The translations under genes and the position numbers were made by a program. DNA of 63,882 nucleotides, the filler included, from Stramenopiles sp. TOSAG23-3 (Eukaryota): assembly GCA_900128585.1 (NCBI GenBank). It is 12 parts of 12 records of this genome, joined end to end, with 100 filler letters (N's around TTAATTAATTAA, not from the genome) between each part and the next. Parts side by side here need not be neighbours in the genome. Positions count along the whole stretch, not along the records: positions 49,364 to 57,475 come from LT643065.1; positions 57,576 to 58,758 come from LT646307.1; positions 58,859 to 60,040 come from LT646308.1; positions 60,141 to 61,321 come from LT646309.1; positions 61,422 to 62,602 come from LT646310.1; positions 62,703 to 63,882 come from LT646311.1; 6 more parts are not named here. One strand, written 5' to 3'. This document shows positions 55,864 through 63,882 of this stretch, piece after piece (positions within the stretch are counted from its first letter, which is position 1; each line of letters opens with the position of its first letter). The notes beneath the pieces are model-generated. The model did no database searches. It saw only the letters and a program-made list of their open reading frames with translations, and was not told the DNA's origin.

Positions 55864-57028
55864 ATGTCGGCGCCCAACGGAGAAGAAGGCATTCCGCCGG
55901 TAAGCACAGACGATGCGAAAGCGGCAGGTGGTCCGGTGCCCGACCAGGTGGCGCTGAAAAGGTCGGATGTAATAAAGAAAAAACTTCTGAAGCACCATTT
56001 AGTTCTCGGACTTTTGTTGGGGCTTGTCTTTGGCTGGACGGTGCCTTCGCCAGGGTTGTTTTGGGGATCGATAATTCCAAAGAATGAGTGGGTGTCAGTG
56101 TCAAACCTTCACGTTTTCGGGGCTAAAGACAACTGAAATCAAAAAGGCCTTATCGGAGTGGAAAGCTGTCATTTATGGAATATTCACCATTCTAATTTTG
56201 ACGGCGTGTATGGGTGGAGTAATGACGAGGATTCCTTTGTCTATGCCGGAGCTGGCGTACGGGTTGGGGGTATTTTGTTGTGTTCCAACGACGATGTCGT
56301 CTGGGGTCATTTTGGTCGGCCAAGGCGACGGGAACACATCGTTGGGGTTGCTACTGACAGTTGCGACAAGTTTGTTGGGGGTGATTACCATCCCGTTCAT
56401 GCTGTTCCTCGCATTCTCAAGCCTTGAAGGGGATACATCTATAAATATCAATGTGGGGACAATGGTGTACAAACTAGCCTTGTTCGTAGCACTTCCCTTG
56501 GGCATTGGAAAGTGTGTCCGTCATAGCCACCCGAGGGTCCCCGTATTTCGAACCGTGAACAAGTTAAAGTTCAAGCTGACTTCTTCGCTACTCCTAATCA
56601 TGATCCCGTGGATGAAGGTTTCCTCTTCAGTGGACAAAATGAACTTGTTAAGCGTAGAACTTGTGGTCGCTTGTATCTTGCTCGGCGCATTAATGCATCT
56701 CGTGTTTTTGGCGGTAAATTTATTTGTGGCGAAATTTTTATTGGAGCTGGAGCAGCCCGAGCAAATTGCACTGACGATTCTTGGATCACAGAAAACGTTA
56801 GGAATAACCGTCACCGTCGTCGATTTTCTACCGGACAGCTTGGGGGCAAAAGGTGTAATTCTTGTGCCTTGCATATTTGCTCATTTTGTTCAAATTTTAA
56901 TTGACGGTATTTTGATCTCGCACACCGACAAAATATTTTGGAAAGGGTCGTTTAAAGACTGTTTGGCGAAGAAGCGAAAGCAAGCAGATACGGACGAGGC
57001 CGGAAAGAAGGAGATAGAAATGATTTGA
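55864..57028 (+). CDS. Sodium/bile acid (BASS4 / SLC10A7-like) symporter; frameshift near 56110
   Basis: GLGVFCCVPTTMSSGV.L..GN..L.LLLTV..LLG, LGSQKTL, PCIFAHFVQILID; TM1 is in the upstream frame. Confidence 0.88.
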
Positions 57029-57135
57029 ACGAGAGAGACCATGCACATTTTTTTTTTATTTGAGGTCGAACTCGAATCACGTGCGCATGTCATGCCCCGG
57101 AGAAAAGTTACAACGCACACACATGCTGTTCTATT

Positions 57136-57475
57136 TAAAAAAAAACAAATTATATATAGTATGTTTTAAGACTCTCATTTTAAATCAATTACTATTTCAG
57201 TTCCAACCCTAATCCTATCTTGTTATTATATTTTAATTTGATTTTTTAATTTCTTAATTTCGTTTCGTCGTTGATGGTTGTCAATCATCACAGAGGAATT
57301 ATTTTTATTCCAACGAGAAGAATTATTACCAGGTGATAATATTTCGTTTCTTGTTAAAGGCGATTTGAACTCAACAAAACGATCCAAATCCCAATCGTAG
57401 TCCGTGATAATATCACCCACCTTTGGAGACTCTTGTGAGTAGATCACTTCTTCGCTGAACTCATCAGAGTCATTT
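57136..57475. repeat. 3'-flank repeat family, GLGLELK module (also reversed at 59125-59320)
   Basis: Matches 24915-25130, 32478-32580 and, reversed, 59125-59320. Confidence 0.9.
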
Positions 57476-57575
57476 NNNNNNNNNNNNNNNNNNNNNNNNN
57501 NNNNNNNNNNNNNNNNNNNTTAATTAATTAANNNNNNNNNNNNNNNNNNNNNNNNNNNNNNNNNNNNNNNNNNNN

Positions 57576-58360
57576 TACAGAATCAAGTTAGGATTAGGGT
57601 ACGACGAAGCTAAATTTAATTACTTAAATAACAGCCAATTTTCTTGTTTTTTAAATTTAGAAGTAATCTATCTTAAAAAACAAAAATTGGCTGTTATTTT
57701 TAATTTAGCTTCCTCATATACCGCGAAAATAAATCTACTCAGCTTTTGTCCATTAGAGGTTTACGTTCCTTCATGTACTGCGAACTGATCTCTACTGTTG
57801 TGATTTTATTTCTTTCTATCATGTACTGCAAACTGATCTCTACTGTTGTGATTTTAGTAATCAATATACCCTTGTCACTTAGTCTTGACTATCGTTTCTA
57901 TTGTGTGCTCCATGCATGATCCGAATCAGTATGTGGGATTTAATTTAATTAAATTAATTAGTATATATTGAATGTTTAGTAGAGTTCAGTTCGCAGTACA
58001 TTAATTTTAATTACTTTTAAATAACAGCCAATTTTCTTGTTTCTATCATATTATAAAAAAAAAACAAATTATATAAAAACAAGAAAATTGGCTGTTATAA
58101 AAAACAAAATTATATATATGTTTTTATTATATATTTTTTGATCGTAGGAACGACAAAGGAGGCACCGACCGACTTTAAGTGATATGAATTTTAGCAGTTG
58201 CAAAATTAGATCAGTTTTACAATTGGGATAATCTTGAGAGTCTAAAAAATATTTTGATTTGACACAAAGTCAAATAATTACACAATAATTTTGTTTTAAT
58301 TTTGGCCAGGCATTATATAATTTTGTCTTCATACTATATAATTTGTTTTTTTATAATTTT
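57576..58360. repeat. Cluster of the 3'-flank repeat family
   Basis: End motif four times in alternating orientation; the first ~75 nt are identical to 62703-62778. Confidence 0.9.
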
Positions 58361-58369
58361 GTCTTCAAT

Positions 58370-58758
58370 TTATGACGAGGAAGACTTATAAAAATCTATG
58401 TCAATCTCAACTCTGGGCAATTCGACCTCCTTCTCTGCTAACTGTTCCTCTTTGTCTCTTTTAAATGCAATTTTTTGAGCGTGAATTTTCTGTGCACAGT
58501 CCAAACCATGGCCTATGTCTTCCATGGAATCAACAGTTTCTAGCCAATTAGTAATTTGGTCCCGCTCCTTTCCTTTCGCACCTTTTCGTACTAAGAACCT
58601 CAACACGTGGAAGTGCCCGTTTGCTGCCGCCATGGAAAAGCCTGTTCTGCCACGCTTGTCCCGGAATTGCAAATTCACGTTTGGGCTTCTTGCCAAGACC
58701 TGGATTACTCCTAAATGCCCTTGCTGACATGCCAGCAGCATCGGACTCCCTTCCTCCA
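58370..58758 (-). CDS. Ankyrin repeat protein, 3' part
   Basis: LACQQGHLGVIQVL; RGRTGFSMAAANGHFHVLRFLVRKGA. Confidence 0.85.
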
Positions 58759-60642
58759 NNNNNNNNNNNNNNNNNNNNNNNNNNNNNNNNNNNNNNNNNN
58801 NNTTAATTAATTAANNNNNNNNNNNNNNNNNNNNNNNNNNNNNNNNNNNNNNNNNNNNTGTAGACACACCATCAGCTAGTTATTTTTAAAATAACACACA
58901 AACAACAGTTGAAAAAAAATGAATTATTATTTATAATTAAAAATAAAAATTTAAATACAGGTTATTAGCAAGGACTATAGTAATAATAAAACACAAAAGA
59001 AATAAAATAATCCAAAAAAAATCTAAAATTGTTTTTAGTCTGGATATTTTTATTATAATTTGAGAGCTTTGGTTTTGGCATGCTGTGTTGCTATGTTCTA
59101 ACTATCCTTTCTACTCATTGGTCATTGGAATAGGAATAAAAATAATTCCTCTGTGATGATGATTGACAACCATCAACGACGAAACGAAATTAAGAAATCA
59201 AATTAAAACATCAAAAGATAGGATTAGGGTTGGATTTGAAGTAGTATTTGATTTAAAATGAGAGTCTTAGACTAATTAAAAAAACATATTTTATATTTAT
59301 ATATATTTTGTTTTTTTTTCTACGATAAAACAAATATGAAATATTAATGATGGGGAGTGGGGAGTCTAAAAAGATTGATGATATGGTCGCCAAGACGACC
59401 AATGCAGTCAAGCCCTGTTTCAACATATTGCCTTCCTTCTCTAGTAGTCTAACACTTTTACAATAATATTGCAATACCTTTACTTTCAAACTGATTATGC
59501 TCGCTCTTTTCGTCACCGCCATAGTTTCAATTACTCTTTCTCTTTCAGTCGGACAACCAACACGCACACCTTCTTCGTTTGTTGGATAAGGCATGGACGC
59601 GTTCAAATCCAAATATTCGATTTAATCAAATATTTGTTGAGTACATAAAATGCATGTTAATTAGAATCTATTGTAATAGATGCAAATAAAATCCATTTAA
59701 TAAATATAATACGTAATGTTGTGCTTTCCTTTTATTATGAATAAACAATACAAGTACTATTTATGTATTCTAATCTTATATACCTATGAAATACCATCCC
59801 CCTTTTTTTAGTTTCCAGTCCTTTCTCGTTTCGCTTCATTGCTTCTAATAATGTCCATTATTAAATAATAAAAAATAAGGAAGAGGAAAGAAAAACGAAT
59901 TAATACTTATTTCTTTCCCTTAATTATTATTTCAATGGATGTATCTGTCCAATGGTTATAACTAACATATTTGTCTGTAAATCTTTCACACTTTACAGTT
60001 CGTCACCTCCCCCCCCCAGCTTACAAATTCGACACCATTTNNNNNNNNNNNNNNNNNNNNNNNNNNNNNNNNNNNNNNNNNNNNTTAATTAATTAANNNN
60101 NNNNNNNNNNNNNNNNNNNNNNNNNNNNNNNNNNNNNNNNTCCTCCTAAAATAGATAACGGTTACAGTACTACGAATACTATAACCACACAACAAGTACA
60201 ATGAAGAATTGAAAAAGAAGAATGAATCCAAATTTTAAATAATAAATACACACCGAATAATAGCCCCATACATATCACACTCTGAGAGTGGGTAGTAGAC
60301 TTACTATAAGATAATCCCTATAAAATTATGCCAGTTCGCCGTACTAAATTAGTTCCCCCTCTTTAAGAAAAGTCCAAAAAGATGTGCCTCTTTTTTAAAT
60401 ATAGAAAAGGGGGGGGGTGGACCTCTAGAATAAAATGTATTACTATAGGAAACTTAATATAAATAATATATATGCGAGCGGGTGAAAACGCGCCTGTTCC
60501 TTCGCTGGGCGCGGGCCCAGGTCGAGAGGGAGGCTGCGGTTGCCAACAAGAGGGGGGGGAGGAGTCCGATGGACTTTTTGTTAGGGCGGTGAGTGAGCGA
60601 GTGCGAGTGAGAGAGAGGCAAAAGAGTCTTACGCACGAAATA

Positions 60643-60782
60643 AAAGCAAGAACATTGGCTGTTAATTAAGTAAATTAAAATTAATGTACTGCGAACTGAA
60701 CTTACACACGAAATATTAATATAAGAAGTATGAGGAAGCTAAATTAAGTAAATATTTAAATAACAGCCAATTTTCTTGCTTA
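60643..60782. mobile_element. 140-bp MITE-like unit bounded by inverted copies of the repeat-family end motif
   Basis: AAGCAAGAACATTGGCTGTTA at the left and TAACAGCCAATTTTCTTGCTT at the right. Confidence 0.6.
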
Positions 60783-61251
60783 TATAATATCATTAAGAAC
60801 AATTTTATGATAGTTTGAATGATGAATACCAGAAGTTTTATTCTGGAACAAGGAGGAGTTTGGGTTCTTGTTTGTTCATATATCATAAGAAGAACGTATC
60901 ATACTATATATAATTTGTTTTTTTTTTTCATAAGAAGAACGTAGTCGCACAAAATTCTATCCTGCAAAACCACCCAATACCACTGGAATGAAGAGGATGT
61001 TCCTACTACATGTACAGCCGAAGTATACCCCTTTTGTTCATTGTCTTGTACTTTCTTCATGTACTTCGTTTGTCAATTCGCCTATCCGATATGTTAAATT
61101 GTTTTTGTTCATCCTGTTTAAATGTAATACTAATTCTTTAATCTACCTATGTAATGAATAGAAAAGAAACCAACGGGGAGGGAGACGATGATGGAGTCAG
61201 CACAAAAAAGAGCCGATCGATGATCGACCGTTCGTTCGATCTTTTTTTGAG

Positions 61252-61321
<70 letters not shown>
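61252..61321. repeat. (GAAA)n microsatellite at a scaffold end
   Basis: Visible in sequence. Confidence 0.95.
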
Positions 61322-61421
61322 NNNNNNNNNNNNNNNNNNNNNNNNNNNNNNNNNNNNNNNNNNNNTTAATTAATTAANNNNNNNNNNNNNNNNNNNNNNN
61401 NNNNNNNNNNNNNNNNNNNNN

Positions 61422-62601
61422 CGCATGCGACGTCTTGCGCTGCCAAGAGTTTCGGAAGCACGGACTTGTCCTCGAACTTTCTCCGGTCGACGAGCCACGA
61501 GTCGCAGGAAATCGAGGACTCCCCGTTGACGAGCTTCACCACGGTGGAGAGCAGGTGGCTCATCCCGTTCCCGTGCGGCCGTTCAAACTGAATGCTATCC
61601 GGCGTCATTTTGGTGCACTTCCAGCCGCAGAACTTGCTCGCCAGGGCGTAAATGTCTTGCATGGTCGCGACTTCCACTTTCAGCGCTTCGTAGCGGACGA
61701 CGAGGTCCTCCCGCTTGGCAATTCTATTTTGAAGCTGCTCCCGCTGGGCTTTCAAAAACCTCGCAGACTCCTGGGCGTTTGCCAGGCTCCGCCGGGCCTT
61801 GTCGAACCGTCCCTGAAACACGTCTACCGTCTGCTGCTGCTGCTTGACCTCCTCCTGTAGCGCCACGAGACGCTGGAACGCGGAAAATTCGGCTTTCAGC
61901 GAGATCTCAACGTTCTCCGCCCGCTCCATCTCTTCCTCCAGCACGCGCTTGTCGCTTGCCATCTTCCCGTTCAGGTCGACGTAGTCCTTCTGCAGCCGCT
62001 TCTCGATCTGCACCTGCCACAGGCACCACTCCTTTGCTGCCGCCAAACGGTTGATCTCCGTGCACTGCTGTGCCTTGGCGCGGGTGTCGTCGTCTGCCTG
62101 GGCGCCCGCCTCGTCCGAAAGGTTCCCGACGTGGCGAAAGATGGCGGGCTGGTCGGCCTCGAGGCGGCCCACCTTAGCCCTGTACTCCGCGGTCGCTTCA
62201 CCAACGACGTTCCGCATTTCTCCGCACGCCCACTCGTGGATCGCGGCGTCGGGAACCGTCAGTAGGAGGTGCATGGCCCTGGAGGCAGCGTCCAAGCCGT
62301 GGCGCGCGCCGTAGTCCCCGGCGGGGGTGTTCGCTGGAAGGGGGAGCGCGCTCGCGGGGGTCTCTCGAACGAACCGCTGGACGCCCAGGGCGCGGGCCAC
62401 TTCGGGGAGAGTGACGTTGCGCCCCGACGACCGGAGAATCTCCCCGACGTCCTCCGTGAGGTCCATCGACTCGTTCAGCACGATGCTCCCGCGGCGGTCC
62501 CCGCCAAGGGCCCCGGGCCGCAGCACCGGTAGGTCTGGGTTCATGGTGTAGTCGTCGTCCTCGCTGTCGAGCTGCTCGCTGATCAGGGCGCCCAGGCCGC
62601 C
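61422..62601 (-). CDS. KNL1: Kinetochore scaffold KNL1/Spc105/Spc7, internal fragment
   Basis: MELT-like NESMDLTEDVG; Spc7-like W.C.E..LEADQPAIF..RLAAAKEWCLW; coiled coil; start of an RWD-like domain (GWKCTKM). Open at both ends. Confidence 0.65.
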
Positions 62602-62702
62602 CNNNNNNNNNNNNNNNNNNNNNNNNNNNNNNNNNNNNNNNNNNNNTTAATTAATTAANNNNNNNNNNNNNNNNNNNNNNNNNNNNNNNNNNNNNNNNNN
62701 NN

Positions 62703-62780
62703 TACAGAATCAAGTTAGGATTAGGGTACGACGAAGCTAAATTTAATTACTTAAATAACAGCCAATTTTCTTGTTTTTAA
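62703..62780 (+). repeat. Repeat-family end abutting a stop codon
   Basis: Identical to the start of the 57576 scaffold; ends directly next to the minus-strand TAA at 62781. Confidence 0.92.
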
Positions 62781-63701
62781 TTAATCGTCATCGCCCCCAG
62801 CATATTTCCTAGTGCATTTTGCAAGGCACTTGATGCGACTTTCGTAGGTAGGTTTACCTTTCTGTCGTAAACGTTTGGCCGTTCGGCATCCGTATTGACA
62901 GGTATATGCCATGCTCCCGCACATGGCCCTGCAGTTGGTCCTTTCTGGGTTCAGGATACTATCCCGCGACAAGAACGTTATCTTTTCGCAGCCGTCCTTG
63001 CATTGTTTAAGCTTGGGGATCGTTCTGTGGGAACGAATCACGCGGCCTTTCCCGTTTAGCACTTCGTCGCGAGTGGTGTATGTATCGTGGCATTTCAACT
63101 CACAATCCTCTACCCCAAGTCCAGGCTGTCCCATACCTCGCTTACTGCACCTATCCTTTTCTTTCCGAAACAATACGTTCTGGTGGCATCCGAACTGGCA
63201 CGCATTCTTCGCGTCGTCTTCCAACCCTGGCACGGCGTCACACTTGTGCGTGCACACGTAGGAGTGCTTGCCGTCCATGCAATGCTTGTACCCCCACTTG
63301 CAACCTTCTCTGCAGGCGCCTTGCAGATTTTTCTTTGCCATGGGGCGCCCATGAAACGCTGTCAAATCCGTCTGAAAGTCTTGTCGACCACGTTTTCGGC
63401 CCTTCTTCGGGCTAGGGGAAGAAGGACGGGACACTGAACACTGCAAGGTCTTCTCCCCGTAGCACATCACTTTGCTCGACAAGCAGCGAGGGTTGGGTTC
63501 CATGTCTCCCTCCCCGGTCTCACCGTGGCACCAGACACAATGTTTTTTCGTAAAGAATCGGCCTATTATGGACGACTTCTGTTCCACACAAGCCGAGCAA
63601 CTCGTGGGGTTAGCAAAGAATTTGCACTCGTCCAGTCCGTTCACCCCACCGAACGCAGCAAGGAAGGCAGCAGCAAAACACAAGACCCCTCCTTTCATCA
63701 T
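62781..63701 (-). CDS. Secreted Cys-rich protein with a PSI-like N-terminus and CxxGC repeats
   Basis: Signal peptide; SCSACV..CVWC; CREGC, CQFGC, CKDGC, CQYGC. Confidence 0.8.
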   Translation of the reverse strand: MMKGGVLCFAAAFLAAFGGVNGLDECKFFANPTSCSACVEQKSSIIGRFFTKKHCVWCHGETGEGDMEPNPRCLSSKVMCYGEKTLQCSVSRPSSPSPKKGRKRGRQDFQTDLTAFHGRPMAKKNLQGACREGCKWGYKHCMDGKHSYVCTHKCDAVPGLEDDAKNACQFGCHQNVLFRKEKDRCSKRGMGQPGLGVEDCELKCHDTYTTRDEVLNGKGRVIRSHRTIPKLKQCKDGCEKITFLSRDSILNPERTNCRAMCGSMAYTCQYGCRTAKRLRQKGKPTYESRIKCLAKCTRKYAGGDDD

Positions 63702-63882
63702 AACAAACTATCAAAACAAAAGAACTCTTAATGAAGTCTACAACTCTACGGAACGTAGCAGATTTCTAAGAAATAGACAAAAATAGACAGGGATGAAGAG
63801 GCAAAACTAAGAATAAGTTCACTTATTTACAATAATAATACCGAAATAAAAAAAGAGAAAGCAACCCCCCCCCCCCCCCCCC

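Noticed and set aside
57586-57600. TTAGGATTAGGG / CCCTAACCCTA inside the repeats as telomere seeds
   Set aside because: Only one or two units, and explained by the LGLG codons of the decayed ORF.
59253-59612. 119-aa minus-strand ORF
   Set aside because: No recognisable motif and it runs into repeat DNA; at most a gene fragment.
8141-62702. Regular ~8.2-kb and ~1.28-kb spacing of TTAATTAATTAA, suggesting nanochromosomes or a periodic element
   Set aside because: Each copy is centred in exactly 88 Ns and the segments are length-sorted, so these are artificial concatenation linkers.

Overview
This is eukaryotic, probably stramenopile-like protist DNA: GC-rich, mostly intron-poor genes in AT-rich spacers, with GT-AG introns in at least one gene. 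It is not one locus. Twelve scaffolds are joined by artificial 100-nt linkers (44 N + TTAATTAATTAA + 44 N) in descending length order (seven of about 8.1 kb, five of about 1.18 kb), so adjacency across linkers carries no meaning. Recognisable genes: SF2 helicase with HA-like repeats, ankyrin proteins, D-2-hydroxyacid dehydrogenase, PSI, EGF and Cys-rich secreted proteins, a degenerate ADP/ATP-carrier paralogue, class III aminotransferase, intron-containing UxaA-family dehydratase, the 3' end of histone H2A with a stem-loop, an amine oxidase-ankyrin fusion, NOL8, mitochondrial AspRS, an SLC35D transporter, a Rib2-like pseudo-deaminase, Vps16, nitronate monooxygenase, a BASS symporter and KNL1/Spc7. 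Two window-wide patterns stand out. (1) A mosaic repeat family, derived from an unrecognised decayed ORF and capped by a conserved ~38-bp end, lies only downstream of gene 3' ends. (2) Many genes carry internal deletions, most strikingly a dynein heavy chain apparently reduced to 162 codons. Assembly artefact cannot be excluded for the second pattern. All family calls come from motif recognition; no searches were run.
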